Shown: positions 49,950 through 60,260, numbered from the stretch's first letter. The stretch is DNA of 64,000 bases from an uncultured Methylomirabilota bacterium (GCA_963845565.1 CAWJSJ010000002.1:96001-160000); one strand, 5' to 3'. Numbers and translations: made by a program. Notes: generated by a model not told the origin, from the sequence alone.

Positions 49950-50163
49950 GACGGCCTCCTCCATCGAGACACAAGCCGACAGGTAGAGTTATCGCTCCGC
50001 ATTCCGCAAGCCGTCAAGGGAAAAGGGGTTAAGGCGGGCGGCGGCGGAAGGGCTCCGAAGGAGGGAGCTGCACCTGGACGAGAAGGCCTCTTGCAGTCCG
50101 GCACTTCTCGTACTAATGTCCCGGTCAGCACCTCGGATGAACCATCAGAACAGGAGACGATCC

Positions 50164-51147
50164 ATGACACCACGGACTGGAACGGGAGTGGTCGGCGTTC
50201 TGTATCTTCTCGCGGCGCTGTTGTTGCCCTCGGTGCTCCAGGCGGCAGATTTTCCCAACAAGCCCATCAACCTCATCGTCCCATATGCGGCCGGCGGCTC
50301 CACCGACGTGGTGGCACGGGCGCTGGCCAAGGTGTCCACCAAACACATGCCACAGCCCCTCGTCGTCGTGAATCAACCGGGCGGCGCGGGCATCACGGGC
50401 CGGGTCTCGGTCGTCAAGGCCGCCCCCGACGGCTATACGCTGCTCTTCGGGTACGGCTCCGGCGAAGATCTCGTGACGCCGCACGTGCGCAAGGTCCCGT
50501 ACGACCAGTTCAAGGACCTGGCCCAGATCGCCCAGGTGACGGTCGTCTCCATCATCCTGGTGGTGCCGGCTAACCACCCGGCCAAGAACCTGAAGGAATG
50601 GGTCGCGTGGGCCAAGGCGCAGAATCGCCCGATCAACGGCGCCGTCTCCACCCGCGGGGCCTCCGTGGACATCACCATGCAGGCCTTCATGAAGGTGGCG
50701 GGTCTGAACGGCACAACGATCCCCTTCCGCGGCGGCGCCGAGGCGGTGACGGCGCTCCTGGGCGGGAACACCGATTTCTCGGGGCAAGTCTATTCCGAGG
50801 CGATGCCCCACGTGAAGGCGGGTCGCCTGAAGGTCCTGGCGGTGGGCACGCGCGAGCGGGATCCCGTCATCCCGGAGATCCCGACCTTCATCGAGGAGGG
50901 GGTGAACGTCTGGACCTTCGGGGCCATCCGCGGTATCGGCGCCCCCAAGGACACCCCCGCAGCCGTGATTGACTACCTTGAGGCGACGATCAAGAAGATC
51001 ACGGACGATCCCGAATTCCACCAGATCATGAAGGACCTCGTCCATCCCGTCCTGTACCAGGAGCGGAAGGGCTTCCTGAAGAACATGCAGGACGGCTTCG
51101 AGATGTACGGCAAGCTGATCAAGGAGCTGAACCTGAAGATGGAGTAG
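50164..51147 (+). CDS. Tripartite tricarboxylate transporter substrate-binding protein (TctC/Bug)
   Basis: FP.KPI.LIVPYAAGGSTD..AR, N.PG..G, PDGYTLL, IPF.GG.....ALLGG, PEIPT..E.G. Confidence 0.95.
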   Translation: MTPRTGTGVVGVLYLLAALLLPSVLQAADFPNKPINLIVPYAAGGSTDVVARALAKVSTKHMPQPLVVVNQPGGAGITGRVSVVKAAPDGYTLLFGYGSGEDLVTPHVRKVPYDQFKDLAQIAQVTVVSIILVVPANHPAKNLKEWVAWAKAQNRPINGAVSTRGASVDITMQAFMKVAGLNGTTIPFRGGAEAVTALLGGNTDFSGQVYSEAMPHVKAGRLKVLAVGTRERDPVIPEIPTFIEEGVNVWTFGAIRGIGAPKDTPAAVIDYLEATIKKITDDPEFHQIMKDLVHPVLYQERKGFLKNMQDGFEMYGKLIKELNLKME

Positions 51148-51170
51148 GTCGCAGGTTGCCGTCAAAGGAA

Positions 51171-51215
51171 ACGGCCCTCTGGAATCGGTTCTCCGGAGGG
51201 CCGTGTGTTCTTTCC
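51171..51215 (+). terminator. Hairpin terminator between convergent genes
   Basis: ACGGCCCTCTGGA...TCCGGAGGGCCGT followed by GTGTTCTTT. Confidence 0.65.
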
Positions 51216-51248
51216 GACGTGCCGAAATACTCCGCCGGCCGCGTTCGA

Positions 51249-51911
51249 TTACGGCGCGCTGATCAACTTCTCGCTCCGCAGTTCCTTCCCAAGCAAGCGG
51301 CCCACTTTGTCCACCAGCTCGTCCCGTGAGTTCGGATTCATCGATTCGGTCGTTCCCGTCCAGATGGGCTTGGCCTCGGGCAGCTTGTAGAGAATCGTCT
51401 CGATGACGACCCGCGTACTCACACTGGTGTAGCCCGGATCGTATGCCACGGCGTAGGAATACCCGTAGTAGCCGCCAAAGTTGTCGAATGCCGGCCCCCC
51501 ACCGATATACGGGCCGCCGAAGGCCACATAGGTGGCCGGCGGCCGATATGTCTCGTCCTTGACGATGGCCGCCACCCGCGCGACCAGCGCTCCATCGAAG
51601 CCCTGCGCGACGAGCTTGTTCTTGACCGCCGTGTGGTCCATCTCGAGTTTCTCCAGGACCGTGTTGTAGCTTGGCACCACCTGCGTCGTGCCGCCTATGA
51701 GGGTTCGGGCGATTTCATCCTCGACCCTGCGACGGGTCAGATCGTCCTTGTGCACGACAATGATGGCGAGCTTCTTGAGCGGCCCACCCGTATACTGTGA
51801 GTCCCTCCACACCGACGTCATTTCCGTCGAGGCGCACGAGGCGAGCGCCGCGGCGCAACAGACGAGCAACCCGACGAGCAACAACCGATGACTGTTCCGG
51901 CGAGATCTCAT
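51249..51911 (-). CDS. Conserved hypothetical lipoprotein
   Basis: Basic N-terminus, hydrophobic stretch, LASC lipobox; RR..ED; G.DG.LV; Tyr/Gly-rich loop; ET.LY....IW. Confidence 0.8.
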   Translation of the reverse strand: MRSRRNSHRLLLVGLLVCCAAALASCASTEMTSVWRDSQYTGGPLKKLAIIVVHKDDLTRRRVEDEIARTLIGGTTQVVPSYNTVLEKLEMDHTAVKNKLVAQGFDGALVARVAAIVKDETYRPPATYVAFGGPYIGGGPAFDNFGGYYGYSYAVAYDPGYTSVSTRVVIETILYKLPEAKPIWTGTTESMNPNSRDELVDKVGRLLGKELRSEKLISAP

Positions 51912-52325
51912 CGCTGCCTCCCTTGAAGACCCTGTTTTGGAAAACTCCGCGGGCGCCCCGCGATGAATGACTCACCAGACACGCCCGACATGCCCGCATG
52001 CAACGAGAACCACACACCAGGGCGCGGCTGCGGGCACGGGTCGGACACTACCACCTTAGCTCTGGGGAGGCAATCCAACACATCTAACGGACACGCGCAT
52101 GCTCCGCCATCCGTCGTTCGGCACTCCCAGGAACCACCCTGACCCGAACGATCCCCCCCCGAAGACTGTGAACTTAATCACGTAGGAGAAACCTGCCTGG
52201 CGGTGTAGCATCTCTTGGGGAGCATACTTCACCCTGCCTGCTGGGGCACTCGCCCCGAAGACGTCCGGGTACCTCTTCAGCGACCTCCACCTGACTTGTC
52301 GCCGCGGACACCCATAGGAGGGGCC

Positions 52326-52763
52326 ATGAGAAACGTCGATCACATTCTCCGCGACAAGGGAACCCCGTACTGGTCGGTCACACCGGATACCATGGTGTAT
52401 GAGGCGTTGGGATTGATGGCCGACAAGGACGTCGGGGCGCTCCTCGTCCTCGATGCGACGCGACTGGTCGGGATCATCTCGGAGCGAGATTACGCACGGA
52501 AGGTGATCCTTAGGGGAAAGTCGTCTCTGGGTACACCCGTTCGCGAAATCATGACGGCGAATGTGGTCACCGTGAGTCCCCAGCATACCGTGGAAGAGTG
52601 CATGGCCCTGATGACGGCGCGGCGCGTCCGACACCTCCCGGTCCTCGTTGCCGGCGAGGTGGTCGGAATTGTCTCCATCGGAGACCTGGTGAAGGCGAGT
52701 CTCGACGACAAGGATTTCATGATCAAGCAACTGGAGACATACATCATGGGGGATCGTCAGTAG
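52326..52763 (+). CDS. Tandem CBS-domain protein
   Basis: GGAG RBS; VGALLV..LVGIISERDY; VRHLPV..VVGIVSIGDLVK. Confidence 0.95.
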   Translation: MRNVDHILRDKGTPYWSVTPDTMVYEALGLMADKDVGALLVLDATRLVGIISERDYARKVILRGKSSLGTPVREIMTANVVTVSPQHTVEECMALMTARRVRHLPVLVAGEVVGIVSIGDLVKASLDDKDFMIKQLETYIMGDRQ

Positions 52764-52909
52764 GCAGACGGTGATTCCTGCGCCGGTGTCAACCTTGAGC
52801 GTGTGCTATGGACGCGGTCCTGGCGGTTGCGCCCGACGCGGAGTGCCGCGACGGAGCGTCCATCCGGACACCGCTCCCCAGCAGGTCGAGGTGCGGCCCG
52901 GGAGACTTT

Positions 52910-53179
52910 CTACAACCGCGGAACGATGAGAAACGACCTGGAAGGAGAGTCGGTCGGGTCTTGAGGACGGTTTCGGCGGTCGAACGCGAGTCCCGGTTCC
53001 GGAGACTGTCCGCGATGAAGGTCTCGCCTTCGACGATCGAGGACAATCTCTACCCATTTATCTTCTGCAAATTGCCTTGCCAGGTACTGAAGCAGGTCGG
53101 GCCTGTCCGGCGCCACCACGATGAGATACCTCGGCCTGTCCCCTGTCGGTTGGGTTTTCACCAGGGGGAATTGAGTCAT
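52910..53179 (-). CDS. Small hypothetical protein with DRR motifs
   Basis: YLIVVAPDRPDLLQYLARQF....VEIVLDRR...DRR...FLIV pattern, recalled as common in Rokubacteria-like genomes. Confidence 0.65.
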   Translation of the reverse strand: MTQFPLVKTQPTGDRPRYLIVVAPDRPDLLQYLARQFAEDKWVEIVLDRRRRDLHRGQSPEPGLAFDRRNRPQDPTDSPSRSFLIVPRL

Positions 53180-53819
53180 CCGCCGGGTTCGATGCCCCCC
53201 GATATGCCGTCTCACGACCGTGCCGGAAGACATGCGACCGCTCCACTCTCACCGGGCGAGTTCAGCAGCGCCTTTTCCAGAAAACCCCGCCAGCCCAACA
53301 GGGTCGCTCAGTTCCACCCACGCACACGACAACCCAGCAGGGGAAACCGAAACCCTCCACGGGGTAAGCCGCTCCCGAACCTGAATGGCCATGGGGCGCA
53401 CCACCCCTGCCCTGTGGGAGTCGCAAGAACCGTTCCGACTCTTTGCCGTGACGGGCCATTCCGGAACGGAGAGTATAACTCCTCGTCGCTACTGATTTCT
53501 CCGCCTCGGGGGTCCCAGGGCGCGCTCGACCGGGGAAATTGGCCCGCCCCTCCGCGGAAGGGAATCCGACACCTCTTTCTCATGTACATGATGAGATTCC
53601 ACGCGACACTGTGCGGGACAGGCGCGGTTGTCGGCTCGAGGCAGGCGAGACCCTCGACCGTAAACCGGACCGACACCCCTCCGACCGCGAGACATGGAGC
53701 GACTGGAGTGCAGGACGGATACAATTGGGGTAAACCCGGTAGGAATTGAACGTCGGCCCTGCCGACTTCCGCGATGCCGAGAGTCGCGACACCCCGCTCC
53801 CCTCGCGGATCACGGGGAC

Positions 53820-55229
53820 CTAAACTCCAAAGACCCGCCGCATGGGGATTCCCAGACGCGCGTCCCCGGCCAGCATCGCGAACACCTTCACGCCTCGCAC
53901 GGTCGCCGTCCCTTGCAGCAGGAACGTATTCTTCATCTGGAGCTCCATGAAGATGCTCGACGGGCGCTCTCTCCCGGCTGCGGCACATATCCGCTTCGCC
54001 AGTTCGAAGACATCTTCCAGTTCGTCGATCTTCTGGATGTCCCCGATGTGGAGATACACCTCGGGGAACCGCTCCAGCTCCCGGCGAACCCACGCCGTAT
54101 TGGAGAATCGCTCCGCATAGACGTGCTCGATCCCCATGGCCTGGGCGAGGCGCTGCACCTCCTCCACGGTGCGGGCGAATATGTACTCCTTTTTCTCCAG
54201 CAGATCGGGGTGACCGACGCGCGTGTCTTCACGGAAGACCGGCGTCGTTTCGATGGCGTCTACGGCCAGGAAGACCTCCCCGCCGTCCCGGGTGGCCGCC
54301 AGCACGGGCAGCAGGTGCACCTTCATGACGAACTCACCGTCGTAATGGACCTTCAGGATCTGGTAGTTCCGGTCCAGGAACCAGGAAAAGACCGTCCAAT
54401 AAATGTTCTCCACGTCCCGGTCCACCTGCCGGAAGAGCTTGTCCGCCGTGCAGTCTCCGACCTCCTTGCCGAGCGCGAGGAACGAGCCGTCCCGCGGTGC
54501 GAACGTGACCTCGACGTCGCGGCCCCGGACAAACGACAGCCGATCCACCCCGGCGACCGGCACGTGCCGCGACACCTCCCAGAGGATCCGGGCGACCTCG
54601 TCGGCGTGGGTGGCGAGGCGCTCCTTGGCCCATCGGTGCAGGTCGGTGCCCAACAGGCGGGTGATTGTGCCCAGATGATCCCGGGCGTGGAGGAGGGCGA
54701 GCGCCTGCGCGATCCGCCCCCGCTCACCCTCGTGGGCGGGATTCCGATGCCGCTTGGCCAGGATCTCCTTGACCTTTTCCGGGAACCGATCCGCCGGGAT
54801 GGACCGCAGTGTGGAGAGCGGAACGAACGCGTTGACGTGCAGATACGTCAGGACGTCTACCGCCAAGCAGTCGGCCAGGCCGGCGCGGTTCTCTTCGACG
54901 ATCTGTCCCAAGGTCCAAGGGTCATTGAAGCGGTGGAATCGAGCGATGTCGACCCCGAAATCTTTCCGGAAGTCCCGCCCCCAGCGCTCGTAGAACTGCG
55001 CCAGAAGCTCGGGCAACCCGTTTCCGTCCCGCAACAGATCGAGGACGGCGAGTCCCACCGGGAGGTTCAGCGCCCGCCTGGCCCGGCGGTTCTTGACATC
55101 CGAGAGGAGCCCGAAATCACTGGGGAGGCGCCCGTGCTCGTCCTGGGCGGCCTGGAGATGCAACTGGACCGGCCCTTTGCCTTCGACGAATCCGATCAGG
55201 ATGGGATCGTAGCTCTGAAGTGGCGGCAT
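53820..55229 (-). CDS. Hypothetical cytoplasmic protein (469 aa)
   Basis: Long ORF with GC3-biased codons and globular composition; motif LGKEVGDCTA; family not recognised. Confidence 0.7.
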   Translation of the reverse strand: MPPLQSYDPILIGFVEGKGPVQLHLQAAQDEHGRLPSDFGLLSDVKNRRARRALNLPVGLAVLDLLRDGNGLPELLAQFYERWGRDFRKDFGVDIARFHRFNDPWTLGQIVEENRAGLADCLAVDVLTYLHVNAFVPLSTLRSIPADRFPEKVKEILAKRHRNPAHEGERGRIAQALALLHARDHLGTITRLLGTDLHRWAKERLATHADEVARILWEVSRHVPVAGVDRLSFVRGRDVEVTFAPRDGSFLALGKEVGDCTADKLFRQVDRDVENIYWTVFSWFLDRNYQILKVHYDGEFVMKVHLLPVLAATRDGGEVFLAVDAIETTPVFREDTRVGHPDLLEKKEYIFARTVEEVQRLAQAMGIEHVYAERFSNTAWVRRELERFPEVYLHIGDIQKIDELEDVFELAKRICAAAGRERPSSIFMELQMKNTFLLQGTATVRGVKVFAMLAGDARLGIPMRRVFGV

Positions 55230-55391
55230 GGCGCGTCTAGTACACTCCCACGGTTTTGTTTCATCGAGCGGGTGCAGTGGAGAGGGGATTCTCGCGCATC
55301 GGAGACCGTCGGACAAGCACAGTCCGAGGATTGGTCGGAAGACTGTGCGGCCGACCATTCTTGGCCTCCCCGGCAGGACGGCACAAGTTCC

Positions 55392-55688
55392 TTACGGGGT
55401 TCCCGGCGGCGCGCCCATCTTCCGGTTCAGATGGTAGACGAAGGCGAGCACCTCGGCGACCGCATAGTACAGCGGCTCGGGGATCTCCCGGTCGATGTCG
55501 AGCGTCGCGAGCGCGGCTACCAGGCCCGGATCCTCGTGGATGTGGACATGGTGGGCCCGCGCAATCTCGACGATGCGCTCGGCAAGCAAACGATCGCCCT
55601 TGGCAACCACCCGCGGCGCCTTGTCCTTGCCCCGCTCGTAGCGCAGGGCGACGGCCTTGCGGACAGCGGGGCGGCGTGGGTCGTTCAT
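55392..55688 (-). CDS. Stand-alone FlhB C-terminal-like protein (EscU/YscU/HrcU family, YlqH-like)
   Basis: AVALRY....APRVVAKG...AERI...A....I.E...L...L....IP..LY.AVAEVLAFVY. Confidence 0.92.
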   Translation of the reverse strand: MNDPRRPAVRKAVALRYERGKDKAPRVVAKGDRLLAERIVEIARAHHVHIHEDPGLVAALATLDIDREIPEPLYYAVAEVLAFVYHLNRKMGAPPGTP

Positions 55689-57253
55689 GCTTGGACGCTG
55701 ACCCCCGTGAACTGCGCAAAGAGTCCCACGGCCTCGGAAATCCGGTCCCCGTCCCAAAGCGAAGCGCTCACCCGTGCGTCGCGGTACCCCGCGGCGCCCA
55801 ATCGCTCCGTCAACTCCGGCGCATGCGCTGCGACGGCGCGCACGACCTCCGGCGTCCGCGCCCGAATCCGGCACCGGCAGGCGCCCTGATGAATGGCCAG
55901 CGTAATCCAGAGGTCGCCCAGTTGCGTCGTCGTCAGATCGATCGCCACCGCGGCGTTCTGCGGATCGAACCGCTGCTTCCGGCCTCGCCCCTCGCCCAGG
56001 ACGTGGATCTGGGCGTTCCGGATCGGCGCGGTCGGCGGAAAGGGCACCTCGAAGAACAGGTACGGCGCCTCTTGCCCGCGAAGATTCTGGAGTTGGCCAC
56101 CGGTCTGACGGTCCAGCACCCGCTGCGTCGCCTGGTCGAAATGCGCCTGCTGCCCCGTCTGACGGAGGAACCCCGCGAACCCGTCGTTCTGGCGCAATCG
56201 CTCGATCTGCGTCCGTACGTCCTGCACGATCTTGGCCACCACGGCCTCCAGCCGACCCGACGCCAAGGCTGCCGCCAGGCGCGCCTCGACGGGTTGACCC
56301 GTGCGTTCCGCCGCGGAGCGCACGGCGTCGAGGGGCGCCGGGTCTAGGCTGTTGACGATCTGGCGGATGATCCGGGCGAGACCCTCGACTTCTACGCGGG
56401 GAAAAATGGGCGCTCCGTCGCGTGGCGTGGTTGCCTGCCCGGCGAGAAACGCGCGGATCGCTGCGGCGAGAGCCTCAGGGTCCGCGACGGCGGTGCGCTG
56501 CAGGAATTGCGGCTCCGCCGCGAGGAATCTGACGATGAGACCGACGAGGTCGCGCCCCTCGGGGAGGTCCTGTGTCGCCGACGCCGGCGGCAGGATGGCC
56601 GCGGCGAAAAGACAGCGCTGGATCGCGTCCACCAGCCCCGCCGTCGGGACGGGCGCCGCGCCGCGTTGCTGCCATGCGGCGTCGGATGGCAGCCACTGCC
56701 GCACCAGGCCAGCGAACGATTCTGCGTCCTGCGCCGCGAGCGCGCCCCGGGCTGCGGCCTCGCCGGTCACGCGCACGAGGAAGCCAAGATCCTCGCCGAC
56801 CGATGCCTCCGCCAGAAAGAGCGACAGCACCAACCGCACCGCCGTCTGTGTCGGGGGCAGCTGCGGCGGTAGGAGTTTCGCGGCCTGGGGAGCGACCTCG
56901 ACCGCGCCAAGGTGTTCCAGGATGCTGAGGATCGTAGGGGTCATGACATCGGACACCCGGTCCGCAGAGACAGCGGGCGGCGCGGTCGGGTGAAGCGGCA
57001 GCAAGCGTACCCTGAAACCCTGGTCCCCTTGAAGAACCTCGCCCCACACCCGCTGCCCTTCCTGGAGATTGATCACGGCGTCTCCGACCAACGCCAGCGA
57101 GAGGGGTCCGACCCGCAACACCACTCCTCCCTCGACGAACTCGGCAACCCCCTGAATCACCTGGCCCGGGCGCAGCAAGGGGGCCTGGCCCGTCCCGCCG
57201 TCCCAGAGCGGCCCGCTCGGATCAACGCCGCCGATCCCGCCCATGTCACCCAT
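55685..57253 (-). CDS. Protein with C-terminal FliK-like (hook-length control) domain
   Basis: C-terminal IDLTTTQLGDLWITL...CRIRA...L.ERL...GY; stop overlaps the FlhB-C gene start. Confidence 0.7.
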   Translation of the reverse strand: MGDMGGIGGVDPSGPLWDGGTGQAPLLRPGQVIQGVAEFVEGGVVLRVGPLSLALVGDAVINLQEGQRVWGEVLQGDQGFRVRLLPLHPTAPPAVSADRVSDVMTPTILSILEHLGAVEVAPQAAKLLPPQLPPTQTAVRLVLSLFLAEASVGEDLGFLVRVTGEAAARGALAAQDAESFAGLVRQWLPSDAAWQQRGAAPVPTAGLVDAIQRCLFAAAILPPASATQDLPEGRDLVGLIVRFLAAEPQFLQRTAVADPEALAAAIRAFLAGQATTPRDGAPIFPRVEVEGLARIIRQIVNSLDPAPLDAVRSAAERTGQPVEARLAAALASGRLEAVVAKIVQDVRTQIERLRQNDGFAGFLRQTGQQAHFDQATQRVLDRQTGGQLQNLRGQEAPYLFFEVPFPPTAPIRNAQIHVLGEGRGRKQRFDPQNAAVAIDLTTTQLGDLWITLAIHQGACRCRIRARTPEVVRAVAAHAPELTERLGAAGYRDARVSASLWDGDRISEAVGLFAQFTGVSVQA

Positions 57254-57546
57254 TCTCCGCGCTGGAGCCCCTGGAATCTCTTGGATCGTCGCGGCGCGCC
57301 CCGCGGGGGTACCGCGCAGCTCACGCCGCCACACCGCCCGGGGCAGACGACCCGCCGGCAATTCTACAGGCGTCGGCTCCGAGAACAAGCCAAAACCGCG
57401 CCGGCGCACGCCGTCCGCTCCGGTGAGCGCGGAACAGCAGTATCTACTTGCCAGCGGTCAAGCCGTTCGTTAGCCTGATTTCAGCCAAGGCAGCGGGCAA
57501 TCATGCGCGTGCTCGCTCCCGACCTCTGGCGGAGGCATCGACCCGT

Positions 57547-58770
57547 ATGCCGACCCTGAGACACGCCGTCGCCCTGTTTCTTCCCGGTGGCCTGGTGGTG
57601 GCGGGCGCCCTGGTGGTGCTGCGCCCGGGCGTGGTACCGGGCATCGTCGACGTGTACGTCCATGTCTGGGCCGTCCTCATCCTGCTGGTCGGCGTCTTCC
57701 TGGGCTGGTACTACAACCGCGGACGGATCGTCTTTGCGCTCCTCCTCCTGACCGGGGTCGACGTGGCGCTGCGGTGGCTCGGGTCCGGCGATGCCTTTCG
57801 CGGGGAGGCTGGGCGTGTGGTCGCTGCGGCGGTCGCCGTCCTCCTTCCCTTGAATCTTGCCGCCTACGCCGTCGTGGCCGAACGCGCCCCCTTGACCGGT
57901 AGAAGCCTGAAGCGCCTCATCCCGATTCTCGCGCAGGTGGTCGGCGTCGCCCTGATCGCACATGGGCAGGGCCCCGCCGTGGCAACGTGGCTGAACCATC
58001 GTGTCGCCGATGTCGGCTGGACAGACTGGACGGCCATCCCCCAAACCGGAGTGTTGGCATTCGCCGCCGCGGCTTTCTACCTGGTTACCCGTTGCGCTCG
58101 CCACCAGGATCCCACCGAGGCGGGGTTCCTCTGGGCGCTGGTGGCCGCGTTCGTCGCGCTGCACGGGATTTCGCGAGGATGGAGCCCGACGGCGTTCCTG
58201 GCCGTCGGCGGTTGGGTGCTCATCGGAGCCTTGCTGGAGACCGGGCACCGCACGCGGTACTACGACGCGCTCACCGAGCTTCCGGGTGTTCGCGCACTGA
58301 ACGACACCCTGTCCCAGCTTGGGGGTCGCTACGTCCTGGCGCTGGTGCGGGTGGACCACTTCAAGCGACTCCGGGCGTCCTTCGGCCGCGAGGTGGGAGA
58401 CCAAATCGTCCGCATGGTGGCCACGCAGCTCCGCCGCGTTGACGGCGGAGGGATGCCCTTCCGGTACGGCGGGGACGGCTTCGCGGTCCTCTTCGCCGGT
58501 GCGTCGATCGAGGACGCAATGGGGCACCTCGACGCGGCGCGGCGCACCATCGCCGCCTATTGCTTTCTCTTGCGCGGCCCGGGTCGCCCGCGAAGGAAGC
58601 CCACCGCCCCGACCCCCGCCACCGGGCCCCGCGTGGTCATCACCGTCACCGTGAGCATCGGCGGCGCCGAGCGCGAGGACGAGACGATGCGGCACCGACA
58701 GGTGATCCGGCTGGCCCACGGGGCCCTTCGCGACGCCACCGCTGCCGGCGGCAACCAGGTGACCGCCTGA
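57547..58770 (+). CDS. Multi-TM protein with degenerate GGDEF domain
   Basis: About 8 TMs, DALTELP, VDHFK, G..VGD, RYGGDGF, TVSIG, GGN. Confidence 0.85.
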   Translation: MPTLRHAVALFLPGGLVVAGALVVLRPGVVPGIVDVYVHVWAVLILLVGVFLGWYYNRGRIVFALLLLTGVDVALRWLGSGDAFRGEAGRVVAAAVAVLLPLNLAAYAVVAERAPLTGRSLKRLIPILAQVVGVALIAHGQGPAVATWLNHRVADVGWTDWTAIPQTGVLAFAAAAFYLVTRCARHQDPTEAGFLWALVAAFVALHGISRGWSPTAFLAVGGWVLIGALLETGHRTRYYDALTELPGVRALNDTLSQLGGRYVLALVRVDHFKRLRASFGREVGDQIVRMVATQLRRVDGGGMPFRYGGDGFAVLFAGASIEDAMGHLDAARRTIAAYCFLLRGPGRPRRKPTAPTPATGPRVVITVTVSIGGAEREDETMRHRQVIRLAHGALRDATAAGGNQVTA

Positions 58771-58997
58771 TCGGCGAACCGCGAGCCTCGCCCGATACCC
58801 CATCCCGATCGCAGAACCGCCGCCGCATGGGCGCACGCGCCACGCATCCTCGGCGCCTGCTCACTTGTACTTGTCCACCAGCCCCTGGCAGATCGCCCCG
58901 GCGGGTCGGGTGGCGCAGTCCCGCCTGATCAGACCGCAGGCTGCCTCGGCGATCTGGTCGTTTCATGGATGGGTCTCGTCGTGCGGTGTAGGAGGGG

Positions 58998-60260
58998 TCA
59001 CCAGCGGTGGTCGTGCGACGCGCCGAGCGCACGGGCGACGGTGGCGTGGAGGTAGCGGACCTCGTCGTCGGGCAGGCCGGCCCCGAAGGCGACCAGTCCT
59101 TTCCGGCTCTTCACGATGATCCCCTTGGAGGTGACCAGCCGTCGCAACAGGCCGAGCCAGCGCGGCACCTCGCGGCCGGGCCCCGGGAGCGGCGGAATCC
59201 GTTGTCCGGCCTGCGCCAGGCGGCCCTCTGCGCCGCGCCGCGCCGACTGGAAGGCGGTATCCGCCGTCCCGTAGTCAAGGGCGAGGATGTCCGCGGCGAG
59301 AATGCGAGTGGTCTTGACGCGCCAGGCGCTACGCTCCTCGATGACGATCCCCTCCGGCGAGGCCGTCACCAGGCTGCCGCCCCGCTTGGCCAGGGCGACG
59401 GCATTGACGACCCCGATGAGGGGAACGACGACCAGGATCAACGTGGCGACGGCGAAGAAGACGATCTGCACGGTCTCCGGGGTGCGGGTCCGGTGGAAAA
59501 ATTCGAGGAGTCCGGGAGCCAGGTAGCCCAGGAGGGCGATGGAGAAGACAGGCCCGATGAGCTTACTTCGCTTGAAACCGGGCCCCGGCAGCACGATCTC
59601 GACCGCGCGGCTCGACTCGCGGACCTGGCACTGCATCCGGAGTGGGCGGGCGGCCTCCGCGCTCGCGTCCTCCCCGGAACGCAACCGCTCCTGGAGCGTC
59701 GCGTCCACCCCGTCCGCGTCGCGTACCGACTCGTGGTCCGTGGTGGCATCCACCAAGGGGAGTTTCAGGAGTTTGGAGACCGCGGCGGCCTGCTCGCGCG
59801 ACTCGCCGTACTGCGTGGAGCTGGACAGCGCGCAATCCGTGCCGCCGGATCTGGCCCGAAGGAGGACGGGGTACCGATCGGCCGAGTCCGAGTCGCCCGC
59901 CGCGAACCGGAGCAGCACCGCGTCGTAACCATCAAGGCGCTGCTCCTCGCCCCGCAGGGGGACGAGGAGCCCCCACTCTCTCCGGAGGGTTCCACGCCCG
60001 GCGTCCAGCGTGATCCAGCGTCGCCCGAGCACCAGCCCGCCCCCCACGACGACGAAAACGAGTCCCATCAGGAAGAGCAGCGGCCAGGCCCAGGTGGGAA
60101 CGTCGGCGGCGTTGCTCATCGGGACGATTCGTAAGCCGATCAGGACCACGAAGATCCCGGCGAGAAGGAACGGAAGGCCGAACAGCGAGAGGCAGCCCCC
60201 ACCCTCTTTGATCTGGAGCCGATCCGGCGCCACCAACCGGAATGGGCCTGCCGATCCCAT
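58998..60260 (-). CDS. Hypothetical membrane protein with two TM-hairpin plus beta-domain modules
   Basis: Two pairs of hydrophobic segments, each followed by a beta-rich region; C-terminal FGAGL..DE..YL. Confidence 0.7.
   Translation of the reverse strand: MGSAGPFRLVAPDRLQIKEGGGCLSLFGLPFLLAGIFVVLIGLRIVPMSNAADVPTWAWPLLFLMGLVFVVVGGGLVLGRRWITLDAGRGTLRREWGLLVPLRGEEQRLDGYDAVLLRFAAGDSDSADRYPVLLRARSGGTDCALSSSTQYGESREQAAAVSKLLKLPLVDATTDHESVRDADGVDATLQERLRSGEDASAEAARPLRMQCQVRESSRAVEIVLPGPGFKRSKLIGPVFSIALLGYLAPGLLEFFHRTRTPETVQIVFFAVATLILVVVPLIGVVNAVALAKRGGSLVTASPEGIVIEERSAWRVKTTRILAADILALDYGTADTAFQSARRGAEGRLAQAGQRIPPLPGPGREVPRWLGLLRRLVTSKGIIVKSRKGLVAFGAGLPDDEVRYLHATVARALGASHDHRW

Noticed and set aside
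53694..55889. Long plus-strand ORF (731 aa) and similar antisense ORFs such as 18149-19963, 11836-13482, 13543-15063 and 40755-42386
   Set aside because: Shadow frames of real opposite-strand genes in high-GC DNA; no motifs and atypical composition.
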